A DNA stretch of 22,380 nucleotides from Pseudomonadota bacterium (lineage in GTDB: Bacteria > Myxococcota_A > Polyangia > Palsa-1104 > JAEUJZ01), in contig DAORCZ010000024.1 in NCBI GenBank assembly GCA_035345735.1, positions 1 to 22,380 of the forward strand. Direction: 5' to 3'. The notes under the pieces were generated by a model that was not told the origin of the DNA, searched no databases, and was given only the letters and a program-made list of their open reading frames with translations. How positions within the stretch are numbered: the first letter of the stretch is position 1; every line of letters begins with the position of its first letter. Of the stretch, positions 1 through 7,962 are shown in pieces. Made by a program: the position numbers and the translations under genes.

Positions 1-32
1 GCTGAGCTCCAGAGGCTGGGGCCGCAGCGGAT

Positions 33-65
33 CTCCTTTTTTCGACGCCCCGGCGAAAAAAGGAG
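33..65. terminator. Inverted repeat CTCCTTTTTTCG (33-44) / CGAAAAAAGGAG (54-65) with a 9-nt loop, 77 bp downstream of the minus-strand aminotransferase stop. Possible terminator hairpin, possibly bidirectional.
   Basis: Perfect 12-bp arms read directly from the sequence. A6/T6 tracts lie inside the stem and there is no separate U-tract, so the form is atypical for an intrinsic terminator. Confidence 0.3.
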
Positions 66-141
66 GCCGCGTCCGCGGGGGCCCCAGCCGTGCAGCAAGC
101 TCACGCCGAGGGCACCCGCAGCCCAATTTGTAAACACCTTC

Positions 142-1509
142 TCAGATCGCAGCCTGCGCCACTTCCCCCAGCGCCCCATCGAGGTGGTGCAAGAGCTCAT
201 CAATCTGCGACTCTTCCACCAGCATCGGCGGAGCAATGCGCAGCGTGTTGCCGTAAAGCCCGCCCTTGCCGATCAGCACGCGGCGACGCTTCATGACATC
301 GAGCAGCAGGTTGGCGCGCTTGCTCGCCGGCTGCTTGCTGCCGCGATCCTCGACGAGCTCAACGCCCTGCATCAGGCCCAGGCCGCGCACATCGCCGATC
401 AGCGGGTGCTTGTCCTTGAGCGCATCCAGCCCAGCCCGCAGTCGCTTGCCCAGCCGCTCGCTGCGCGCCGGGATGTTTTCGCGCTCCATGATGTGAATCG
501 TGGTCAGCGCCGCAATCGACGAGATGGGATTCCCGCCATAGGTGGCCAGCGTCAGGCCCTTGAACGCCCCCGCGATCTCCGGCGTCGACACTGTCACGCC
601 CATCGGCAAGCCCGAGGCCGTGGCCTTGGCAAAGGTCATGATGTCGGGCTTCACGCCGAAGTGCTCGATGCCGTTCCAGTAGGTGCCGGTGCGGCCCCAG
701 CCGGTCTGCACTTCGTCGCAGATGAACAGACCACCCGCCTTTTTGACCTCGGGCACGACCTTCTGGAAGTACTCGCGCGGCGGGACGACAAAGCCGCCGA
801 CCCCCAGCACTGGCTCGGCGATAAACGCCGCCGGCGCCCCGGTGGTGGTGGTGGCCAAGACTTCCTTGATGTCATCCGCGCAGCGGACATCGCAGCTCTT
901 GGGCGACAGACCAAAGGGACAGCGATAACAGTACGGCGCCGGCATCAGGCTGATGCCCGGCATCTGCGGCGGAATCGGCCGCCAGTTGGCGTGTCCCATC
1001 GCCGACACGGCGTACATCCCGCGGCCGGAATAGCTGTGACGCAGCGCGATGATCTCCTGCCGACCGGTGACGTTCTTGGCCAGCATCACCGCCATCTCGT
1101 CCGCTTCGGTGCCGCTGCTGCTGAAGAACGATTGCTTGAGGTTGCTGCCGGCCGGCATCTTCTGCGCCACCGCCTGCGCCAAGCGAACGATCCACTCGTT
1201 CTGGTACAGCGTCGAGGTATGCCCCAGCGTGCGCGTCTGCTCGGCAATCGCATCGGAGATCTCGGGCAGACAATGCCCCAAGCCGACCGTCAAGATGCCG
1301 CCGAAGCAGTCGAGGTAGGTGTTGCCCTCGGCGTCTTCGACGTGCAGACCCGAACCGCGGCGCAGCACCAGCGACTCGCTGAAGTAGTTGAACACTGCCG
1401 GCATCAGGTACTCGCGCGACATCGCGCGGACCTCTTGGCTGGACAGATTGGTGAGGACTTTGAGGTGGGTTTTTCCGTCGCTGGACTGGCTGGACACGGG
1501 GTTCGTCAT
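142..1509 (-). CDS. Class-III (omega-type) PLP-dependent aminotransferase, acetylornithine/GABA/beta-alanine-pyruvate transaminase family.
   Basis: ORF 142..1569, trimmed to ATG 1509 (MTNPVSS...) which is preceded by a GAGG. The DEVQTGWGRTG PLP-lysine region and the C-terminal LIGDVRGLGLM block are typical of class-III aminotransferases. Confidence 0.85.
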   Translation of the reverse strand: MTNPVSSQSSDGKTHLKVLTNLSSQEVRAMSREYLMPAVFNYFSESLVLRRGSGLHVEDAEGNTYLDCFGGILTVGLGHCLPEISDAIAEQTRTLGHTSTLYQNEWIVRLAQAVAQKMPAGSNLKQSFFSSSGTEADEMAVMLAKNVTGRQEIIALRHSYSGRGMYAVSAMGHANWRPIPPQMPGISLMPAPYCYRCPFGLSPKSCDVRCADDIKEVLATTTTGAPAAFIAEPVLGVGGFVVPPREYFQKVVPEVKKAGGLFICDEVQTGWGRTGTYWNGIEHFGVKPDIMTFAKATASGLPMGVTVSTPEIAGAFKGLTLATYGGNPISSIAALTTIHIMERENIPARSERLGKRLRAGLDALKDKHPLIGDVRGLGLMQGVELVEDRGSKQPASKRANLLLDVMKRRRVLIGKGGLYGNTLRIAPPMLVEESQIDELLHHLDGALGEVAQAAI

Positions 1510-1592
1510 GATCGGCCTCGCAAAGTCGCGCGACAGTATCACAGCGGCCCGTATAAGATGTGCGCTCAATAAATGGCGAAAGGACGATCCTA
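1510..1592. promoter_or_regulatory. Divergent intergenic region (83 bp) between the aminotransferase (-) and the isochorismatase-like gene (+). Likely a bidirectional promoter region.
   Basis: Locally AT-enriched (GTATAAGAT, TCAATAAAT) between two divergent starts. No specific sigma motif could be assigned. Confidence 0.3.
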
Positions 1593-2195
1593 ATGACGAC
1601 GGCGACGACCGTTCCAGCGATGAGCCCCAGCTCGCCCCCGCCGCTGCGACTGCTGCGCGATCAGGCGCTGTTCCTGTGCATCGATGTGCAGGAGCGCCTA
1701 GCGCCGGCGATGCATGAGGAGCTGCTCGAACGCCTGGTGCACAACGGCCGCATCCTCTTGCGCGGGGCGGCGGCGCTGGGCGTGCCGGTGCTGGTCACCG
1801 AGCAGTATCGCAAGGGCTTGGGGGAGACCGTGCCGGGCCTCGCCGAAGCGATTCCACCGAATGCCGGCCGACACGAAAAGATCGACTTTTCCGCCTGGGC
1901 CGATCCCGCCATCGCCAAGGCGATTGTCGACAGCGGTCGTACGCAGATCATCGTCTTTGGCATGGAGACGCATATCTGCGTCTACCAGACCGTGCGTGAT
2001 CTGGCGCATGTCGGCTATCGCGTGTTCGTCCCGCACGATGCCGTCTGCTCGCGCGATCCCGAAAACCTGCGCGTCGGCCTCGTACTCGCCGAGAGAGTCG
2101 GAGCCACCGTAACCGCCACCGAGACCGTGCTCTTCGATCTCCTCGGCCGCGCCGGTACACCGGAGTTCAAGGCCATCTCCGCCTTGGTGAAGTAG
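1593..2195 (+). CDS. Isochorismatase-family cysteine hydrolase (YcaC/nicotinamidase-like).
   Basis: ATG 1593 with AAGGACGA upstream. The D...K...C catalytic triad context is present (LFLCIDVQ, YRKGLG, GMETHICV). Confidence 0.8.
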   Translation: MTTATTVPAMSPSSPPPLRLLRDQALFLCIDVQERLAPAMHEELLERLVHNGRILLRGAAALGVPVLVTEQYRKGLGETVPGLAEAIPPNAGRHEKIDFSAWADPAIAKAIVDSGRTQIIVFGMETHICVYQTVRDLAHVGYRVFVPHDAVCSRDPENLRVGLVLAERVGATVTATETVLFDLLGRAGTPEFKAISALVK

Positions 2196-2296
2196 GCGAC
2201 GGAAGCGTCCTTGATGTCACTAAGCCGCGGCGCGGTCGCGACACAGTCGAGGCTGACATGCGGCACTGGCTGGCATCGCGCTAGCCACAACCCGCC

Positions 2297-4768
2297 TCAA
2301 ATCTTGATCTCGTAGCGCGGTCGCGGATCCCGATCGCTGCCATAAAGCCATCGCGCGTCCGGCTTCCAGCTTCCGTTTACCTCCTCACGGCGACGGGTCT
2401 CGACCGTCAGCTTGTCCCCCTGGAAGCGTAGAAGCTGATATTGGAGCGGATAGCCTGGGACCCACTCGCGAGTGGGCGCCCCGAACGTCCCAGCACCGAT
2501 CAGGCTGATGCGGCGTCCAGCCTGCTCGACGTCATACTGGTAGCTATTGGGCTGGGCTTTGTGTGTGTGGCCGTGCAGCCCCAGCCGAAAGCCTGTCTGC
2601 GCCAGCTGTTCCAGGAAGCCCGTGCTGGTGATGCGGTCCTCGCCGGTAGAGGTCTGCACTGGGTGGTGCCAGACCGCGATCTTCAGCGCCTGGCTGAACG
2701 CTGGGTTATTGCGGATGCTCTTCAGCGGGTTGACGAGCGCGCCATCTTGGATGCTGGCGCGACTGCGGTAGTGATGGTCACACTGCCAAGCCGAGTTGAG
2801 TCCCAGGAACAGGACGTTCTGCGTCGAAAAGTGATGCAGCGTCGCCTGCTCTTCGTACTCGAGCGGATAGATCTCGCCGCGCACAGCGGCATAAAATTTT
2901 GCCCAGGCCTCAAATCGTAGCTTGTAGTCGGCGTCGTTGCGGACTTCGACATAGTCGCCATCCTGGTCGATGTCGCGCTCGGGGACCAGCGTGCCCTTGT
3001 AGCTCTTGCGGCGCACAGGAACGTAGGCTCGCTCGCTACGCTCCCAGTTCACGTCGTGATTGCCCGGAACCAGGATCAGCTGATGCGGCGACAGGTTGAA
3101 CTCGCCAGCTAGGTCGAGCAGGAAGTTCCGGGCTGCATCGTACTCAGCGGGCTCCGCGCGGTTCCCGACATCGCCGGAGACCACAACGGCCATAAGACCG
3201 TGCGGCTTCACTTCATACTTAAGATCGCTCACGAGCTGCGAGTGCCACATTCGCGCCTGCTCCGGCGTGCCGAAGTGGAGGTCGCTAAGGTGCAGGACCG
3301 AGAATTCGGTCACTTTCACGCTTCTGGCGACCGCTGCGCTTGGCTGCGTCTCTACGGGCGTCTGAGCCGGGGTGTTAGACGACGGCACACTGTCCCCGCC
3401 GGTCGGCTTGCTGCGACGCACGAAGAACGGCCCCTTCTCCGCATCCCAACGCTCGACCGTATGTCCGGTGGCTCGGCCGAACTCCGGCCAACGCAGGTGG
3501 TTCAGGTAAAAGATCAGCAAGAGATCTTCAACGCTCAGCACCGTGGCACCCCGATCGTAGTGGAGGATGTTCGAGAGCAGCGGCACGTCGTCATAAAGCC
3601 GCGACAAGTTGCTCTGCATCAACCACTCGAAGGCCGGCATCAGCGTCGGATCGCCGTCCAGGTGCTCGTTAAGCAGCACCATGCCGTCATCGGCGCGGGC
3701 AAGCAGCCACAGGAGCTTCAGGCAAGCGCCACGCGGCGGCGGTGCTGCATCGTAGCGGGCGAACTGGACCAGCAGAGCATGAAACTGCGCCTTCAGCTCC
3801 TCGCGCGCTTGGGCAATCGCATCCTCGGGGGTCGCCTCCACCTGACGTACCTGCGACGTCACCTCCGTGATGCGGCGGTCCCCATCCGCGCGAGTGTTGT
3901 GAACAGTGATCGCAGCACGGCACAGCCGCTGGCCCGCCAGGAAGCTGCCGCAGGCCGCCTGCGCGAGCCTTTCAGGCTGCAGGAACTGCAAGTGCGCCTT
4001 TTCGCCACCGCCGCGAATAAGCTGCTCAATGAGCCGCGCCGGCTGACGCCCCATGGACACCGTCTGCAGGCGGTTCATCACGTCCGGCACATCGACAGCC
4101 AGCGCGGTCTTCAGCTGATTGATGCCGATGAGTGTGAACTTGATATCGCGCCGCTTCTTGTCCACTAGCAGGCGGATGAGCCGCAGCAACCTCGTCAGAA
4201 GATCACGCGGTAGGTAGTGGGCGTTGTCGATGACGTAGTAGCCAGACGGCGGGTCTTCGCTGTCGGCCCACTCGCGTAGCTTTGCCGCATCGGCTTTCGC
4301 GTTTCCCTGCAGCCAACCCGCACGGTCGGCCATTCGCAGCTTCTCCAGCGCCTTGGTCACCGCCGTCGTCTTGCCGACCCCGGATGGCCCTTGGACCAAC
4401 AAGCCTTCGCCCATGGTCGGCAGGCTCATCTCCAGCTGGGCTGCCTCCGTCGGAGCCACATAGGTGTGCTCCGGCACTCCCGTGATAGGGAAAATCTCGT
4501 CGATCTTTAGAGCCGGCCCCTGCTGAAGTGAGAATCCTGCGCGGTCGAGCTGGTGCGAGTATCCGGCCCGCAGCGCCAAAAGGATCTGCTCTTGCTCGGT
4601 TAACGCAAGGAGCAGACTCTCTTTCGAGAGCCGATCCATGCCGCTGGCGAACCTCATAGCGACCTGCGGAAAAAAATCTATGCAGAAGGCTTCGAAGTCT
4701 GAATCGGTCGGAAAGATCCGGTTCAAGAGTCTTCGAAGTTCCGGGCGCGAGATGGGTTCGTTCGCCAT
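2297..4768 (-). CDS. Multidomain protein: N-terminal death-like/effector-associated-type helical domain, P-loop AAA-type ATPase, helical middle region, C-terminal calcineurin-like metallophosphoesterase (CpdA/Icc-like).
   Basis: Start ATG 4768 (MANEPISRPELRRLLNRIFPTDSDFEAFCIDFFPQV...). Walker A is GPSGVGKTT; Walker-B-like is YYVIDNAHYL. The C-terminus carries all metallophosphoesterase motifs: LHLSDLHFG (DxH), VVVSGDVGN (GD), LVPGNHD (GNHD), VWHHP (H), LHGHTHK (GHxH). The ORF upstream of 4768 is open to 4981, but that extension is Pro/Arg-rich and not protein-like. Confidence 0.8.
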   Translation of the reverse strand: MANEPISRPELRRLLNRIFPTDSDFEAFCIDFFPQVAMRFASGMDRLSKESLLLALTEQEQILLALRAGYSHQLDRAGFSLQQGPALKIDEIFPITGVPEHTYVAPTEAAQLEMSLPTMGEGLLVQGPSGVGKTTAVTKALEKLRMADRAGWLQGNAKADAAKLREWADSEDPPSGYYVIDNAHYLPRDLLTRLLRLIRLLVDKKRRDIKFTLIGINQLKTALAVDVPDVMNRLQTVSMGRQPARLIEQLIRGGGEKAHLQFLQPERLAQAACGSFLAGQRLCRAAITVHNTRADGDRRITEVTSQVRQVEATPEDAIAQAREELKAQFHALLVQFARYDAAPPPRGACLKLLWLLARADDGMVLLNEHLDGDPTLMPAFEWLMQSNLSRLYDDVPLLSNILHYDRGATVLSVEDLLLIFYLNHLRWPEFGRATGHTVERWDAEKGPFFVRRSKPTGGDSVPSSNTPAQTPVETQPSAAVARSVKVTEFSVLHLSDLHFGTPEQARMWHSQLVSDLKYEVKPHGLMAVVVSGDVGNRAEPAEYDAARNFLLDLAGEFNLSPHQLILVPGNHDVNWERSERAYVPVRRKSYKGTLVPERDIDQDGDYVEVRNDADYKLRFEAWAKFYAAVRGEIYPLEYEEQATLHHFSTQNVLFLGLNSAWQCDHHYRSRASIQDGALVNPLKSIRNNPAFSQALKIAVWHHPVQTSTGEDRITSTGFLEQLAQTGFRLGLHGHTHKAQPNSYQYDVEQAGRRISLIGAGTFGAPTREWVPGYPLQYQLLRFQGDKLTVETRRREEVNGSWKPDARWLYGSDRDPRPRYEIKI

Positions 4769-4775
4769 GGCCGGC

Positions 4776-4781
4776 AGTATA
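4776..4781 (-). promoter_or_regulatory. TATACT -10-like hexamer, 7 nt upstream of the ATG of the ATPase-phosphoesterase gene (candidate leaderless start).
   Basis: The reverse complement of 4776-4781 is TATACT. There is no convincing Shine-Dalgarno between it and the ATG. Confidence 0.2.
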
Positions 4782-5016
4782 TCCGAACCCCTTGAGGGAA
4801 CCGACGGGCGGTGCCTGGGGACCGATGCCGGCGACATGTGTGGGATCGCGGGGCTGGGCATCGCTTGCGGCAGCCACGCGAGCGGGAGCGTAAAAACAAA
4901 GAACACTTCCCTCCAGGCAGCATGTGCCCGGCTGCGGTCGTGGCTTTGTGTTGTGGGGGATAAACGATCGGGCGGGGGCACGCGGGGGCGCGCGCGGTGG
5001 GCTTAGGCGATCGCGG

Positions 5017-6177
5017 TTAGCCGATGATGACGTTGCATTCGAGGAGGAATTCGATCTTGGCGCCGCTGTCGGCCTGGACGTCGGTGCAGGTCGTGCCGCA
5101 GAGCTGGACGCGATTGTTCAAGAAGTAGAACGAGTCCGGCTTGCACGAAGCCTGGTCGGCGACCTGATTGAAGATGCGTGGTGCCCCGCCCCCGCTCGGC
5201 GTGAATTCCAGCTGCGCCGTATCCAGCTTGAAGGTCTGCATCGGCGGCGGCGGCGGCAGAGCAAAGTCGCAAGCCACCTTGGCGCCCTTGATCACGCTGT
5301 CAGCGACGGCCTTGAACACTGGGCTGTAGTCATCCGTGTTGCAGATCGGATAGCGCAGGCCACCGGTCTTAATCGCCATATTCTGGTGCTGGGTACCAAT
5401 GTTGACGGCACTCGTGCACTTGGTGTTCACCAGCGGGGCCGTCGCAGGGTACGGCTTCAGGCGATCCGTGGGATCGGCCACCACGCCGACGATGGCGTGG
5501 AAGGTGTAGTTCCGCTTGGCCGCCGTACCAAAGTGGGTCGCCGACAGCGCCAGCAGCTTGGTATCGAAGTTATCCGCGCTGGCAGCCATACCGTCTGGGA
5601 AGTTGTTTTCGTTATCATCGTCGGTGATCTCGACGAAGGTCTTGTATGCACCATTGCGCAGCTGCGCCGACCAGTTGGGATAGCTGGCAATAATCTTCTG
5701 GTACGAATCCTTGCTGCGAATCTGCAGGCTATGCTGGAAGAACGTTGCCGTATTTCCGGGTTGCGCCGGAATCGGACTGCAAGTCGTACTCGACAACGGG
5801 GATTTGACACAGATCATCTGATTCGCAGAATCACCGTGTGATGACACAACGATAATCTTATAATCAACCCCGCTATTTTTGATAATAGTCGCGAAGCTAT
5901 CGTTGATACGCTTCTCGACCTCGACGATCTCCGCCGTCATGCTGCCCGAGTTGTCGATGACGAAGATGACGTCCACCGGCGACTTCTGCAGCGTCGCAGC
6001 CGCCCGCACAGAGGCGCAGGCCGCGTCCGAGTCAATGCGGCCCTTCATATCACTGCCATTGCCGCCCAGGTCCTCGTTCGGGTTATCTCCCCCGCCACCC
6101 AGCACGTCGCTGTTGCAGTTCAACCCCACCACCGCACCCAGAACGCCAGCCGAAAGCATAGCCGCGATCTTACGCAT
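5017..6177 (-). CDS. Secreted (signal peptide, possibly lipidated Cys) von Willebrand factor type A (vWA) domain protein with a Cys-rich C-terminal region.
   Basis: N-terminus MRKIAAMLSAGVLGAVVGLNC... is an h-region followed by Cys. The MIDAS motif is present: DVIFVIDNSGSM (DxSxS). A strong RBS (AAGGAAAAGGGGG) precedes the ATG at 6177. The 5' half of the gene is about 45% GC against about 69% background. Confidence 0.8.
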   Translation of the reverse strand: MRKIAAMLSAGVLGAVVGLNCNSDVLGGGGDNPNEDLGGNGSDMKGRIDSDAACASVRAAATLQKSPVDVIFVIDNSGSMTAEIVEVEKRINDSFATIIKNSGVDYKIIVVSSHGDSANQMICVKSPLSSTTCSPIPAQPGNTATFFQHSLQIRSKDSYQKIIASYPNWSAQLRNGAYKTFVEITDDDNENNFPDGMAASADNFDTKLLALSATHFGTAAKRNYTFHAIVGVVADPTDRLKPYPATAPLVNTKCTSAVNIGTQHQNMAIKTGGLRYPICNTDDYSPVFKAVADSVIKGAKVACDFALPPPPPMQTFKLDTAQLEFTPSGGGAPRIFNQVADQASCKPDSFYFLNNRVQLCGTTCTDVQADSGAKIEFLLECNVIIG

Positions 6178-6378
6178 AGTTGCCCCCTTTTCCTTACGTC
6201 TATCAGGTATCTAATTAGTCTCCCGGTCGATCCAAACCTTACAGTTTCTTTATTCTACTAGATTCGAGCGCAGTGCACATATCGAATGTGCATATTATTT
6301 TTCGTAATGATCTAGCCCCCCTAGCCCGCTCGCCGTCCCAGCCCCCGCGGGTCAGCTGCATCCCCAGACGCGGTCTGC
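6178..6378. promoter_or_regulatory. AT-rich (about 40-45% GC) intergenic region upstream of the vWA gene containing the dyad TGCACAT-ATCGA-ATGTGCA (6274-6292). Candidate promoter plus operator.
   Basis: Perfect 7-bp inverted repeat with a 5-bp spacer, read directly. A strongly AT-rich island in a high-GC genome. No U-tract follows, so a terminator is less likely. Confidence 0.35.
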
Positions 6379-7674
6379 TTAGTACAGCTTGAACTGCAGC
6401 AGCCGACCTTCCAGTGGGCCGTTCCACAGGATGTGGCGGGCGCTGGGGCGCAGGCCGATCTGCTTCGCCAGGTCCAGGTTGGCGGTGTAGACGTAGGCGG
6501 TATAGCCGGTGAAGCGGCGCTTTAGCGTGTCGCCAAGTGCGCGATACAGCCCGACAAGGTCCTCGGAAGATCCCATGCGCTCGCCGTAGGGCGGATTGCA
6601 CAGCACGATGCGCGGGGCGCTGACATCGGCAGGCGCCGGGGGCAGCGGCGGGGGTGCGACCTCGCGCAGGTCGGCCAGGCTGATCTGCGAAAACGGCGAC
6701 AGGCCAGCGGTGCCCAGGTTGCGTCGTGCTGCAGCGACCGCGTTGCGATCCAGGTCGTAGCCATAAAGGAAGACGCCGCTGCCGCGCACCGCCTGGGCGA
6801 TAAGCTCGTCGCGCACGCGGCCAAAGCCTGCAGTATCGAAGTCGCGCCAGCCCATGCAGCCGAGGTGCCGCGGCTTGCCGCCGATGCGCAGCAGACCAGG
6901 ACTGCGACGCAGGATGTGCAAGCCCGCTTCGACCAGCAGGGTGCCGCTGCCACAGCACAGATCGACGACCGTCGGCTGGCTGGCCGGACTCCCCGCGGGG
7001 GTCGCGCTGCCGTGCAGGCTGCCGAGCGCGATCTCGACAAAGGTCGCGGCCAGCGTCTCTTTCAGCGGCGCTTCCACCGAGGCGATGCGATAGCCACGCT
7101 CGTGCAGCGGCGTATCCGAGCTATCCAAGGACAGCACCATGCGCGGCACGCTGCGCCCACCGCGACCGCCCGCCGCTCCGCCCGCTGCGCCACTGCTCTC
7201 GGGCCGGTTGTACAGCTGAACATGGATGCGCAGATCCGGACTCTGCACCGAGACATCAGGACGCCGGCCGGCCCGCGAGCGAAAGCGATCACAGATCGCG
7301 TCTTTGACGCGCAGCGCAACGAACATGCTGTTGCTCAGGCCGCACTCCGGCAGCGTGCCGTGCGCCGACACCGCGAGCGTGCCATCGACCGAGAGGAATT
7401 CCTCCCAAGGCAGCGCGAACGCGGCGGCGTAGACATCTTCCGGACCGCGACACGAGACATCGGCAAGCTGCAGCAAGACGCGCGAGGCGCAGCGCAGCTC
7501 TAAGTTCGCGCGATACATCGCCGATCGCGAGCCGGAAAAGCGCACGCCGCCTTCGGGTCCAGCCGGCAGCACGTCTTCGATCTCGGGCAGTCGTGAGAGC
7601 TCAGCCGCAAGCTGCGGTTCGACGCCACGTGGACACAGCGCGCGCAGCTGCAGGTGCTGACGATTGATCTGCAT
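6379..7674 (-). CDS. THUMP-domain class-I SAM-dependent RNA methyltransferase (RlmL/COG0116-like, rRNA m2G-type).
   Basis: Catalytic motif LCNPPYGER (N/DPPY), SAM-binding DLCCGSGTLLVEAG, N-terminal THUMP-like region. Start set at the ATG at 7674 (MQINRQHLQL...) where family-like sequence begins. The ORF stays open to 7821. Confidence 0.7.
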   Translation of the reverse strand: MQINRQHLQLRALCPRGVEPQLAAELSRLPEIEDVLPAGPEGGVRFSGSRSAMYRANLELRCASRVLLQLADVSCRGPEDVYAAAFALPWEEFLSVDGTLAVSAHGTLPECGLSNSMFVALRVKDAICDRFRSRAGRRPDVSVQSPDLRIHVQLYNRPESSGAAGGAAGGRGGRSVPRMVLSLDSSDTPLHERGYRIASVEAPLKETLAATFVEIALGSLHGSATPAGSPASQPTVVDLCCGSGTLLVEAGLHILRRSPGLLRIGGKPRHLGCMGWRDFDTAGFGRVRDELIAQAVRGSGVFLYGYDLDRNAVAAARRNLGTAGLSPFSQISLADLREVAPPPLPPAPADVSAPRIVLCNPPYGERMGSSEDLVGLYRALGDTLKRRFTGYTAYVYTANLDLAKQIGLRPSARHILWNGPLEGRLLQFKLY

Positions 7675-7962
7675 GCGCGGCGTCTCGCTCGCCCGCGAGC
7701 GGGCCAGCGGGCGCGGCTCTGGAACATACTCCTCACGGCGAGTGGGAGCGGGGCGCGAGTCGCGATACGGACGATAGGGATTGGGAAAAGTCATGTGGCG
7801 ATCCGGTCGCAGCCGTACCACATCGCCGCGCGCGCTGTCACCGCTTTGTCGGCCTGCGGATCGGGACTACGAAGCCCGTTCTGCGTCGAGAATTTGCCCC
7901 GCCCCGGCGGTCATTGACCCCACCTGCAGCGCGGGAGGAAAATCCACCCGGAGGCAAAGAAC

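Noticed and set aside
3200-4168. 322-aa plus-strand ORF antisense to the ATPase-phosphoesterase gene
   Set aside because: Arg/Leu/His-rich composition typical of antisense frames in high-GC DNA, with no domain-like blocks. The opposite strand carries a strongly supported gene.
4924-5841. 305-aa plus-strand ORF overlapping the vWA gene antisense
   Set aside because: Gly/Arg-rich low-complexity translation. The minus strand has MIDAS-intact vWA coding sequence.
7675-7821. Possible 49-aa N-terminal extension of the RlmL-like ORF (open frame to 7821)
   Set aside because: The extension is low-complexity Pro/Arg-rich and RlmL-family similarity begins exactly at the ATG at 7674. It is kept as an open possibility only.
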